The notes beneath the pieces were generated by a model, which was not told the origin of the DNA, did not search any database, and saw only the letters and a program-made list of their open reading frames with translations. A stretch of DNA of 64,000 bases, taken from the sequence record MT811961.1; one strand, 5' to 3'. The position numbers and the translations under genes are program-made. This document shows, in pieces, positions 10,018 through 19,174 of the stretch (the stretch's first letter is position 1; every line of letters starts with the position of its first letter).

Positions 10018-11589
10018 ATGATAGATCCAGATATCGCTAATGCTATTGTCTCACAGGGTACTCGCTGGAATCCTAAAGTTTGTCACGGGATGGCAATCGA
10101 AGAATTCCCCGATATCCCTAAGGTGATTGACATGACGTTTCATCAAGCTTTTAAAGACTTTGATAAACTCAAGTATCTTGGCTGTTGTCTTGCGGATCCG
10201 AAAGAAGCTTATGCTGAAATAGTTCGTCCTCGTGGTAACAAGAACCAATTCGAACAATCGTTAACAACGTCTGCTCTATATCGTTTTAACTTTTCGTTCG
10301 CTGGTGAAAGCATGCGTCCGCGCTATATGTACTTGCCGTTTCTAGATGGTGATGGTCTAATGACTATTAAGGATAGTCGTTACGTCGTCTCTCCAACACT
10401 ATCAGATCAGTTCTTCTCCATTGAAGAAGGCAAAGTATTCATTCCGATTCCGCGCGCACCTGTAAACGTTTATCGTGAAGATTATTACTATCATTGCGAA
10501 GGACGTCTTGTTCCAGTAGATGTTCATTGTGCCCGTCTTCACTTTACAGCGAAAGACGAAGCTCCACCGAGTCGCCATCCACAGCTACTAAACTACTACT
10601 TTTGTTTATGGGGTGCTACAGAAGCATTTCGTTACATGGGTATGGAAGTAGCCATCATTGCTGAAGATGCCTATTCAGAAACTGACTTTCCAGAAGACGA
10701 ATGGGTGAAGTGTACGTCAGCAGGTAAGAAGCCTAAAATGCGTTTACCACAGTACACAAAACCAGACGTAGTACTCATGGTTAAGAAAGAGCATCATACG
10801 CGCATCACAGAAGCGTTCATTGCGTCTTTCTTCTATATCCTTGATAACTGCGCCGATCTTGCTTATATGCGCCCAGAGAACATGGAGGACCCAAATCTAT
10901 GGAAGCGTGCTTTGTCTCGTTTTATCTGGCGTAACCCGAGTGCATTGGAAGCAATCGAGCAGATCGAAAACCATCTGGGTTCACTAGAGGAATACATTGA
11001 TGAATCAGTTCGTCGTCGTATTCGTGTAGCTGGATTGCCAGTGGAAACAATCTGGGAACTTTTCCGTTACGTGATGATGAACTTCCAGGAGATGACTATC
11101 AAGACAAATCCTGCATCAACCTTCGGAAAAGAACTTCGAATCATTGAGCCAATCATTCACGATATGGTTATTATGATTCACCGTCTTATGTTTAACGTAC
11201 GTGGTCTTGATCCTGTCAAGTTCCGCAAGGATGTGATTGAAGATCTATTTAACCGTGGCTTCTCTCAAAACCTAGTCGTTAAACTAGCAAGTGGACATCC
11301 TGAGATTTCCCTTGTAGAGTCTGCAACAGACAGTAAGACAATGAAGATCACAAGTTTGATGTATCGTCCTTCTAAGAATGGTGGTACGGCATCCGCATCT
11401 GATATGAAGAACCCAATGTACTTCCTTGATTCAGAAATGCTAGAGCCATTCAGTTTGCGTATGATTACAAAGTCTTCGCCTACTGCATCAAACCGCATTC
11501 GCCCAGCCATTAAACTAGGCCCAAATAACGAAGTCCTTAAGGATCCGTTACTAGATGGCTTCCGCGAAGAATTCAACCGACTAAAATAG
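10018..11589 (+). CDS. non-virion RNA polymerase beta subunit, N-terminal part (phiKZ gp123-type)
   Basis: About 523 aa from the ATG at 10018 (GAGGAG RBS). Motifs YMYLPF..G.G.M.I..SRY.VSP.L.D and the C-terminal S.PT region match split beta subunits of phiKZ-like phages. Synteny with the capsid gene. Confidence 0.75.
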   Translation: MIDPDIANAIVSQGTRWNPKVCHGMAIEEFPDIPKVIDMTFHQAFKDFDKLKYLGCCLADPKEAYAEIVRPRGNKNQFEQSLTTSALYRFNFSFAGESMRPRYMYLPFLDGDGLMTIKDSRYVVSPTLSDQFFSIEEGKVFIPIPRAPVNVYREDYYYHCEGRLVPVDVHCARLHFTAKDEAPPSRHPQLLNYYFCLWGATEAFRYMGMEVAIIAEDAYSETDFPEDEWVKCTSAGKKPKMRLPQYTKPDVVLMVKKEHHTRITEAFIASFFYILDNCADLAYMRPENMEDPNLWKRALSRFIWRNPSALEAIEQIENHLGSLEEYIDESVRRRIRVAGLPVETIWELFRYVMMNFQEMTIKTNPASTFGKELRIIEPIIHDMVIMIHRLMFNVRGLDPVKFRKDVIEDLFNRGFSQNLVVKLASGHPEISLVESATDSKTMKITSLMYRPSKNGGTASASDMKNPMYFLDSEMLEPFSLRMITKSSPTASNRIRPAIKLGPNNEVLKDPLLDGFREEFNRLK

Positions 11590-11596
11590 GTGACTT

Positions 11597-14191
11597 GTGA
11601 GAACACCCGACTTTCTTGCGTATCAGGTAACGGGAAAATATATTCAGGGTAAGGTAAAGCGAGCTGGTGCAGCAACCTATGTCACCGGCTACAATATCCT
11701 GAATAATGATTATCAAAGCGAACAGCTCCTAAAAGAGATTCGTGAAGGTATTCAGCAATTCTACGTGCGAATGGAGCAGCTTTGTGGTTCTTCGGTAATG
11801 ACGAAGTACTATGAACAAATGATCGATCCTAGTTCACAGATGGGCTACGATAGTTATTCAGAGCAGATGATCCCTGCTGTTTATGAAACGATCATTGCTG
11901 ATACCATTCGCATGCAGAGTGGCACAGTGGGCGTTAGAACAATGCCAAACGTAATGCAACATGCCGGTGAACTTTGCTGGGATTGGATGTGTTCGTTTTG
12001 GTATTCAGATCCTGCGCGAGAGCCAGTATCCGAAGAGTACAAGATTGACTACTATACACGTGGTGAACGAGTACGTTTGGAGTACAGCAAACTAAAAGCA
12101 GAATTGTTACAGTCAGAAGGTATTCATATTGAAGGTCTTCAAAACTCAGCAAAGAAGTTGGCAGAGATATCTCGACAAAAAGCTAAACCTATATCACTAT
12201 CACAGATAGCTCAAGGAAACAGCTTAACAGGAAACGTCGCAATGCCTAATGATGAAGCATATCATTTTAAGCATCTTGATCCTGGCGTAGCAGATATGCT
12301 AGATAGCCAAGAACGTGAATACAACAAGAAGCTTGAATTGGAAGCCCGTGCTAAACGCACTATCGAACAGTTCAGTAATACAACCTCCGTGGCTACGGGT
12401 GGTCCAGCAATGGAATACAACCCAACCATGGTGCAAAATACTGCAATCAATTTTAAACTTACCCCGGAACCGGAGACAGAAACAATGTACAACGCATACA
12501 ACCCAGCATTCAACACTTTCAACGCAGCACCACAATCAATCCTGATTAACTTCCAGAACCAACCTATTCTTACTGCACAGGGTCAAACAATCAATGTTAA
12601 CCCTAACGACATGCAAGCATATGTCGGTGGCTCTCTTTACCAGCTTCAAGATAACGGCCAAATGATTTTCGATTCAGAGTCAATGCCTATTGTTATCTTC
12701 CGTAGTCAAACTGGTCAAGAGATGTTGGTTGATCTAACTGGTCGTCAGTCGGCGTGGTTTGAAAGCTACCGCAATACACAGAATCAGCAAGCTTATACAC
12801 CAGCAGTACAATCACAACAGCCGGCATGGCAAGTTAACCAACAGCAACAGCCTGCAACGCAACCAGCAAGCAATCCAAATATGGATATCCCAGGAATGGA
12901 ATTTGCGATGATGGCTAACAAACAGCCAGCGTTCAGCAATACGGCACCAACTGCTCAAGATGATCCAGCTATCCACCTAACTGGATTCGAAGCGTACTCG
13001 GTAACCCCACAGCAAACTACTGCCCCAGTAGAAGTAGAAGGAAATACTATGGAAACCCCAGCAAACGATCTTGGTGCGGATTACCGCTTCCATGTAACAA
13101 TCGACGGTACTGATTATGTAGCAGCACTAATCGAAGATGAACCATACTTACCTAAAGAGATGGCTCCTCTAACTGTACTTGTAAACAACAAGACTCATGC
13201 TCGTGCTTTGGCGTACTACCCAGACACCTGTGTTGAGTTCGTAGTAAATCGTGAGCGCTTTATGCAACGTGAAAAACATCTAGGCTACATCCTAAGCTCT
13301 ACCCATGGTGAGTACACAGCCCCTGAAGCTGCACCGCTGATTGCGGAAAACACTGGTCAATGCGTACCTAGTTTCCCTAAAGTGAAAATGGCTGAAGACT
13401 ACATTACTGCAATGAACCTATCTGGTCTAGCAGTACAAGCGGCAATGACTCAAGAAACAGCAGCGGACCAAGGTGCGATTGTTATTAGTCCATTTGAACT
13501 ACGTGAAGAAACTCCAATTCTAAACGTAGCGGATGAATTATTGGATGAGTTAAATACTGAAGATCCGCTACAAGGTCTATTAGCACTTTACCAAGCAGCA
13601 GCTGGTGCAGAGCAATACGATCTATGTCAGTACATGACTCAACAACTATCACCGTTGTTCACAGATGTGATCTACAACCGCATGGGTGTACCTCGTGCTT
13701 CTGCTGACATAATCGAGTTCCCTAAAGATATTTCGGCTGTGGTAGAATACCTACAAAGCCAAAATGCAATGGAGTCGTTCCTGGAAGAAATCACAAACAT
13801 CCGTGAGAACTTCTTTAACATCTCCAATGAAGGTATCTCGTTCGCTACAGATGAAGAATCTGAAGACGAAGAAGTAGATGACGAAGAAGAGACTAAAGCA
13901 CCTCAACCTGCAAAAGTTCTGGCGCAAATGCTAGTTAACGAACAAGCAGGCCATGTAGTATTCTTGAAAGAGTTCCAACTCCCTAAAGATAGCTACAGTG
14001 CTGCAATCATTGATCCGGTTCATGGTCAAGATCTATGGCGTGTTGTTGCTGGTGCATTCCAAGCAATCCCAACTAAAGCAGATCGTACTGAGTACCTATA
14101 CATGATCAACGCAGCTGGTGACATGTTCGTGTTTGCATGTGAAGATGTAGACTTTGGCATGGTTCGTCTAATCGGCGTTAAGCACAAGTAA
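11597..14191 (+). CDS. large hypothetical protein with Q/N/P-rich central linker and acidic patch
   Basis: 864 aa, GTG start with AGGTG RBS. Low-complexity QQQPATQP segment and DEESEDEEVDDEEE patch. Confidence 0.8.
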   Translation: MRTPDFLAYQVTGKYIQGKVKRAGAATYVTGYNILNNDYQSEQLLKEIREGIQQFYVRMEQLCGSSVMTKYYEQMIDPSSQMGYDSYSEQMIPAVYETIIADTIRMQSGTVGVRTMPNVMQHAGELCWDWMCSFWYSDPAREPVSEEYKIDYYTRGERVRLEYSKLKAELLQSEGIHIEGLQNSAKKLAEISRQKAKPISLSQIAQGNSLTGNVAMPNDEAYHFKHLDPGVADMLDSQEREYNKKLELEARAKRTIEQFSNTTSVATGGPAMEYNPTMVQNTAINFKLTPEPETETMYNAYNPAFNTFNAAPQSILINFQNQPILTAQGQTINVNPNDMQAYVGGSLYQLQDNGQMIFDSESMPIVIFRSQTGQEMLVDLTGRQSAWFESYRNTQNQQAYTPAVQSQQPAWQVNQQQQPATQPASNPNMDIPGMEFAMMANKQPAFSNTAPTAQDDPAIHLTGFEAYSVTPQQTTAPVEVEGNTMETPANDLGADYRFHVTIDGTDYVAALIEDEPYLPKEMAPLTVLVNNKTHARALAYYPDTCVEFVVNRERFMQREKHLGYILSSTHGEYTAPEAAPLIAENTGQCVPSFPKVKMAEDYITAMNLSGLAVQAAMTQETAADQGAIVISPFELREETPILNVADELLDELNTEDPLQGLLALYQAAAGAEQYDLCQYMTQQLSPLFTDVIYNRMGVPRASADIIEFPKDISAVVEYLQSQNAMESFLEEITNIRENFFNISNEGISFATDEESEDEEVDDEEETKAPQPAKVLAQMLVNEQAGHVVFLKEFQLPKDSYSAAIIDPVHGQDLWRVVAGAFQAIPTKADRTEYLYMINAAGDMFVFACEDVDFGMVRLIGVKHK

Positions 14192-14199
14192 TAAAAATA

Positions 14200-14246
14200 A
14201 TACCCCTCCTCCCTGATGGGAGGGGGGAGTATCATTTATTTTTTTT
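14200..14246. terminator. bidirectional terminator
   Basis: G/C-rich hairpin (CCCCTCCTCCC-TGAT-GGGAGGGGGG) flanked by A-run and long T-run, between convergent genes. Confidence 0.85.
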
Positions 14247-14591
14247 TTATTCTTCTTCAAGTAAGTCACGCTCCAGTCGAGCATTCTTTCTCTTGAGTAG
14301 GAAGATATAAAAGTCGCCAATGGCGCGATGCATCAGTACGAGACCGGATATAATACCGACTGCGATAGAAACCACGTCAGATAGAATGATCCCATCCAAC
14401 AAAAGCTTACCGTCAATCTGCGTTAGTGAGCCAGACTCTACAAGGCTTGGAAATAGCTTATACCACAATGAGTCAAAAGGAATAGTAGAAGCGGACTTAA
14501 CCGCCTCTACTACTTCACCAGAATGAATCTTTGTGCTAATCGCTAGACCTCCACTGCCTAAGCCATAAGAGGTTAAAGTTCGATTAGACAT
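14247..14591 (-). CDS. small membrane protein (single TM, possible holin-like/lysis accessory)
   Basis: Likely start MSNRTL at 14591 (GGAG upstream), 114 aa. Hydrophobic segment GIILSDVVSIAVGIISGLVLM followed by a basic C-terminus. Confidence 0.6.
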   Translation of the reverse strand: MSNRTLTSYGLGSGGLAISTKIHSGEVVEAVKSASTIPFDSLWYKLFPSLVESGSLTQIDGKLLLDGIILSDVVSIAVGIISGLVLMHRAIGDFYIFLLKRKNARLERDLLEEE

Positions 14592-14732
14592 TATAGAAAT
14601 GCTCCATCCAAAATAGCCATGAATTCTTGAAAATAAGAACCATACTATTTGTCGGTCATTAACTGTTCTTTTATGCGATCTAGATGATAAAGACCCACAC
14701 AGCATGCGTCAGTGTTTCACAGAGGGCTTAGA

Positions 14733-14742
14733 TCTATATAAC
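14733..14742 (+). promoter_or_regulatory. early-type promoter motif TCTATATAAC upstream of endonuclease gene
   Basis: Same motif as at 23366, 26347 and 35177. Confidence 0.6.
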
Positions 14743-14773
14743 TGTAGTGTTGATACTATTTATGGAGAAAAAC

Positions 14774-15541
14774 ATGACTAGAGAGGAAAGAGAAAAGAAT
14801 TTCATTTCTTTTTGTAAAAGAAAATACGGCGACAAGTTTGATTATTCTAAAGTGCATTATACAAATAACAGGACCAAGGTAACAATTACATGCCGTAAAC
14901 ACGGGGATTTTGAACAGTACCCAGATCACTTTAAACGCGGTGTGGCATGTCAGAAATGTTCCTTTGAAAACCAAGCCAAGGAACAGTCAATGGGACTCGA
15001 TGATTTTATCTGACGGGCAAGCCAAAAGCATGAAAACAAATATGATTATACTTCGGTAGTCTATAAGAACGCCAAGACCATGGTTTGGATATCGTGTCCA
15101 TATCATGGTTTCTTTAGAAATCATCCTTATACACATTTGCGTGGTGCGGGATGTGACGTTTGCAACAAGCCAGACACCGGCACTAATCTTTATCTTATGG
15201 TCGACCGAAAGAAAAAATGGCTAAAGGTTGGCCTGACAAATGATTTTAATAGAAGAAGGAGAAACACATCAAATAAATCAGGAGCAAAGTTTGAGGTAGT
15301 TTTGCAGGTATCCAACCTGGAAAAGAAAGACGTTAATCTTTTAGAAGACAATATCAAAATTTTATTTTCTAGTCTTCTCGAATCGACCGGAAGTGTTTTT
15401 CCAGGACACACAGAAACCTTTTATTATGGAACTCGAGATTATTTGGAGTTAGTTACTCTGGTTAAGAACGAAATCGCATCAAAGCGACTTTTCAGGAAAA
15501 AGACCATCGGTCGCGATCATCTCATGGACATCGTTAAATGA
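14774..15541 (+). pseudogene. free-standing homing-endonuclease-like gene (two Cys/His zinc-binding repeats + T5orf172/GIY-YIG-like domain) interrupted by in-frame TGA at 15011-15013
   Basis: The ORFs 14747..15013 and 15080..15541 are in the same frame. Reading through gives DFI*RASQKHENKYDYTSVVY...CPYHG...GCDVC, a second copy of NFISFCKRKYGDKFDYSKVHY...CRKHG...ACQKC. It is followed by LYLM...KVGLTN...E...GHTETF. Visibly AT-richer than the flanks. Confidence 0.8.
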
Positions 15542-15546
15542 TAACA

Positions 15547-15572
15547 TCCCTCTCTCCAAATGGAGAGAGGGA
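15547..15572. terminator. bidirectional terminator
   Basis: TCCCTCTCTCC-AAAT-GGAGAGAGGGA between convergent genes. Confidence 0.75.
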
Positions 15573-15577
15573 GTTAC

Positions 15578-16171
15578 TTAATGTTTTTTATTTTCTTTGA
15601 TCAGTTGTTCCCGTATACGGTCTACATGGTAAAGCCCAACTGATACCGCATCCACAGAGTGCTCGTCAAGATTATCAAACACAATGGTGTCTGCCCACAC
15701 CAAATCTGTTCTCTTGCTTAGAGCGACTGTCATGAGGTTTTTGTCGCTGCTGGTACCTTTTACTTTCATGTGCTTTTTAACCGGAGTTGGTTCAATAAAC
15801 ATAAAAGGCATCATGAAGTCATAACGATACGAACCTTTGCGTAATACCATAGTAACTTCTTTCAAAGCACCGAAGGCAGCAGCAAAGCGCCCCATGAAAG
15901 GAGCTTCACTTGTTACCATATATGGTTCACATCTTTCACAAAGGGTATGGATATGTTCTTCAAGGCCATGTAGTTTAGCTGCCTTATCTCCGTGTATCAT
16001 TGCAAACATTTTGTTTTGAGTAACAAAAGAATTACTCTTAACAGTATAAGCATCTAATATGGAGATCTCGAATGTTTCCATCGAGATACTTAAGACAGCA
16101 AAACCACAAGTATTGATCCCCGGGTCAATTGCAACAATGCGTAGATCGTCTTCGCTGAACCCGGTAAGCAT
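15578..16171 (-). CDS. ruvC: RuvC-like Holliday junction resolvase
   Basis: IVAIDPGINTCGFAV, central E (SEAPF), P..VKK..., and C-terminal DEHSVDAVSVG acidic residues of the RuvC fold. Confidence 0.85.
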   Translation of the reverse strand: MLTGFSEDDLRIVAIDPGINTCGFAVLSISMETFEISILDAYTVKSNSFVTQNKMFAMIHGDKAAKLHGLEEHIHTLCERCEPYMVTSEAPFMGRFAAAFGALKEVTMVLRKGSYRYDFMMPFMFIEPTPVKKHMKVKGTSSDKNLMTVALSKRTDLVWADTIVFDNLDEHSVDAVSVGLYHVDRIREQLIKENKKH

Positions 16172-17001
16172 TATGATAGTAGAGGCAGAGTATTACCACC
16201 ACGTAGACGCAAACGAATTTCAGTATTCTGAGATTCTAGTTCACGACGACTACCGCCAAGGAACGAACAGACTTGAGAGCCGATAGCTTCCGTATAGTTC
16301 GCAGAGATACCACCAGCAGATGAACTCGTAGGGCGATCAAATGAACTTGCAATACCCATTTCTGAGATTACTGCTTTACGACGGTCACCATAGATGATGT
16401 CCACCGCATCAAGAATGTCTTGAATCTCAGCAGGAGTAATAACAATCTCTTGGATGTCAGAAACAGAAAGGTAAGTATCTGTCGCGCTGTTTACTTCGCC
16501 ATCTACCATAGATACAGGTTGTGGGTCGTACTGAGCAATTGTTGGAACATAAGGTTTACGTTCGATTTCACCATCAGCATTAACCGTTAGTTGTTCACCA
16601 CCTGCACCAGAACTGATTGGGTTAAGTACTTTAGCATAGTAAGCAAAGTAATCTTTACCGTTGTAGTTCTCTAGGCGACGTAAACGATACTTAAGACGTT
16701 CGTCATCTTCCAAGTCGTCGTTTACTTCTCGCAGTACAAACGGAAGATGTTCAAATAGACGAGCATTGTTTACACGGTGTTGTTTTGTGTTGGTGATGTC
16801 AAGACCTTCATTCTCGTGACCACCACGGCCGATTACCAACAGCTTTGGTTCTGGGAACTCGTCTTGAGCAAGAGCAGCACCATCTTCAATTTTGAAGTAG
16901 CCATTTAGTGTAGAGAAGTCCATAGGGACGTATGTGTTACCTGGACGGCGGGCAGCTTCCAATTGAGCCCACCAAAAGGTTTTAACAGTTGTATTAGCCA
17001 T
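16171..17001 (-). CDS. phiKZ-like virion structural protein
   Basis: 276 aa. Motifs IGRGGH, LFEHLPFVLR..DDL...ER.KYRLR, YFAYYAK recall a conserved phiKZ-like structural protein. Coupled to ruvC. Confidence 0.55.
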   Translation of the reverse strand: MANTTVKTFWWAQLEAARRPGNTYVPMDFSTLNGYFKIEDGAALAQDEFPEPKLLVIGRGGHENEGLDITNTKQHRVNNARLFEHLPFVLREVNDDLEDDERLKYRLRRLENYNGKDYFAYYAKVLNPISSGAGGEQLTVNADGEIERKPYVPTIAQYDPQPVSMVDGEVNSATDTYLSVSDIQEIVITPAEIQDILDAVDIIYGDRRKAVISEMGIASSFDRPTSSSAGGISANYTEAIGSQVCSFLGGSRRELESQNTEIRLRLRGGNTLPLLS

Positions 17002-17012
17002 TTTTCTAATCC

Positions 17013-19070
17013 TTAATCGATTATTTCTTCAAAGCTTTCGAGGTTTAAAACTGTGACTTCATGAGTCTCACCGGTGTTTTCATCGATGTATAATTCAGAG
17101 CCAGTTTCAACGAGGTATTCTGCGGTATGTTCTTCTAGGTAATGATGACGATCAGGAAGCTCAATAAAGACATCGTAAGTTAGCTCGGTAGCCATCTCGT
17201 CTGTATCGTGAACTCTGCCCACTGGTATGTAGTGATCTTCGATAACAATAAAGCGTTCTACTTCCCAATGGATGTTTGGAATTTCAAAGTTTTGTACTTT
17301 GCCTGTTGTATCGCCAACAATATAACGAAGAGTATAACTTGTAAGACTGTCAAAGATATCGAGCATCGATTGTTGTCTTATTGGTAAACCGCCGGATTCT
17401 AATTCTTCGCCAGTGACCGCCATAAGGACATTGTCTGCAATCGTAGTCCAGTCTGACTTACCAAAGTCATACTTATTTATTTGAACTGTTTTGAGCCAGT
17501 CATTGTAGATAGTGCCTGGAGCGGCAAGCTGACAAGTCACCGTTTTCCACATGGCATTTGCTAGCTGTTCGGTCTCTGCTCTACGCATGTGTCCGTTCTG
17601 GCTTTCCCATGTAACTTCTTGCCATTGGTGCAGATTGATAACTCGCTGAATGAGATTTTCAAAATCCAGGGCATTGTCTACCTTAAGGTCAAGTTTCTTG
17701 TCAAGAAACGAATTAATCATTTCGTCAGAAACATTGTCCGTCAAGAGACGTCGAAGAGAAGAGAAAGATGGATAGCCAGTAGGAGCCAGCCAATCAATTG
17801 TAATGGTCGGTACAGCAATTCTATCGCCACCCAGGATTTCTTGTTGGGCAAAGAAATAAAGAATGATTGCATCCTTTAGTTTCAGTGTACGCTCTGCGCC
17901 GTTTGGCAGAGGGATAGTAATGTCTGGTTCATAGATACCGAGATGAGCAAGATAGATGGCATAGTCCCAACGCTTACGATAAACTTCTACTGTTTGAGAG
18001 CCATCGGTGACTGTCTGCTCTGCTTCTACTAGGCCAACAATACGATCATTGATAGAAGAGTACTTACCACGATGTATAAGCATGTCAACATCGTCTTTCA
18101 AATCACGTTCGTTATCAAGACCGAGCTCTTTCGTTTTACGCATGACTTCGAACGTAAGTTCTTCGGCATTGTCCGTTTCATCTAGGATGTCGTGCTTGTA
18201 GAAGAAACTATGTTTGAACAGCTGTGTGTCGATAGCATCTTCGTTCTGCCTATAATAAAGACGATTGAGTTTGAGTCCACTCTTTGTAAGTAGAACATCA
18301 ATTAACTCTTTCATCTTGTCAGTACGACCAAGATAGCGGCGAACATTACGGATATTGTAATATAGCCAGATTGCTTGTTCGTGAGACAGAACATTACGAT
18401 AGCGATCCAGTGCATAGAACCCAGCCAGATAAGTCCAGATGTGAAACTGTGATGCTTCAACGGTATGTGACTTTGCCTTACGTAGGTTTTCTATTACGAC
18501 TGGAATATGCTGTGCCATGACTGCATAGAAAGCTGCCGGATAACCTGGATCAGAGATAACTGCATTTTGGTTCCAGTTAGCTTCTACAAAATCATCGATC
18601 CATGTCTGTAGATCTTTAATAAGACTTACTTCGTTCTTGGCGACTAGGGTTCTATCCCAATCGAGAATTTGGAAGTCTCTTGCATTTACCACCTGATGAA
18701 TCGTAATGTTACGACAGATGGATTTAATAAGAAGACGCTGTAATGGATACTTGTCTTCTAATGCCCGATAGTAGTTATCGGTACGATTTAGAAAGTCGCT
18801 TTTCGTACGCGGATGATTGGCCAAGGATTCTTTCGTAAACGGAATCGTTGCTTGTGTGTCATTCGAAACAACATACATTAACTCATCGCGTTCATGGTAC
18901 TCGCCTGCCAAGTTAAGGTTATACTTCCAACCCGATGGGTCGGTAGTGATTTCATAACCTAGTTCTAATAGACGTTTGTTAACAAGCGTGTTTTGCAAGT
19001 CAAACTTGATGACCAATGATCTAGCCAATGCTCTACATTCCTCGGCGTACGAGTCGAAAAGATCAGCCAT
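17013..19070 (-). CDS. phiKZ-like virion structural protein (baseplate-wedge-like, by synteny with portal)
   Basis: 685 aa, divergent from the portal gene as in phiKZ gp128/gp129. Motifs WKYNLNLAGEYH, QFHIWTYL, YYNIRNVRRYLG. Confidence 0.5.
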   Translation of the reverse strand: MADLFDSYAEECRALARSLVIKFDLQNTLVNKRLLELGYEITTDPSGWKYNLNLAGEYHERDELMYVVSNDTQATIPFTKESLANHPRTKSDFLNRTDNYYRALEDKYPLQRLLIKSICRNITIHQVVNARDFQILDWDRTLVAKNEVSLIKDLQTWIDDFVEANWNQNAVISDPGYPAAFYAVMAQHIPVVIENLRKAKSHTVEASQFHIWTYLAGFYALDRYRNVLSHEQAIWLYYNIRNVRRYLGRTDKMKELIDVLLTKSGLKLNRLYYRQNEDAIDTQLFKHSFFYKHDILDETDNAEELTFEVMRKTKELGLDNERDLKDDVDMLIHRGKYSSINDRIVGLVEAEQTVTDGSQTVEVYRKRWDYAIYLAHLGIYEPDITIPLPNGAERTLKLKDAIILYFFAQQEILGGDRIAVPTITIDWLAPTGYPSFSSLRRLLTDNVSDEMINSFLDKKLDLKVDNALDFENLIQRVINLHQWQEVTWESQNGHMRRAETEQLANAMWKTVTCQLAAPGTIYNDWLKTVQINKYDFGKSDWTTIADNVLMAVTGEELESGGLPIRQQSMLDIFDSLTSYTLRYIVGDTTGKVQNFEIPNIHWEVERFIVIEDHYIPVGRVHDTDEMATELTYDVFIELPDRHHYLEEHTAEYLVETGSELYIDENTGETHEVTVLNLESFEEIID

Positions 19071-19174
19071 GAGGCCCTCCGAATGTGTTTAAAGCACTAT
19101 AGAATTTGCTTCCGCGGTACTATTGTTTTTAATTAGGGTGACTAATTTTTTAGTAATTACAAAGGAGAAACCCC

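Noticed and set aside
11597-14191. GxE motifs (GMEF, GFEAY) as prohead-protease sites marking an inner-head protein
   Set aside because: Three-residue motifs are common by chance, and the gene appears to lie in an early operon.
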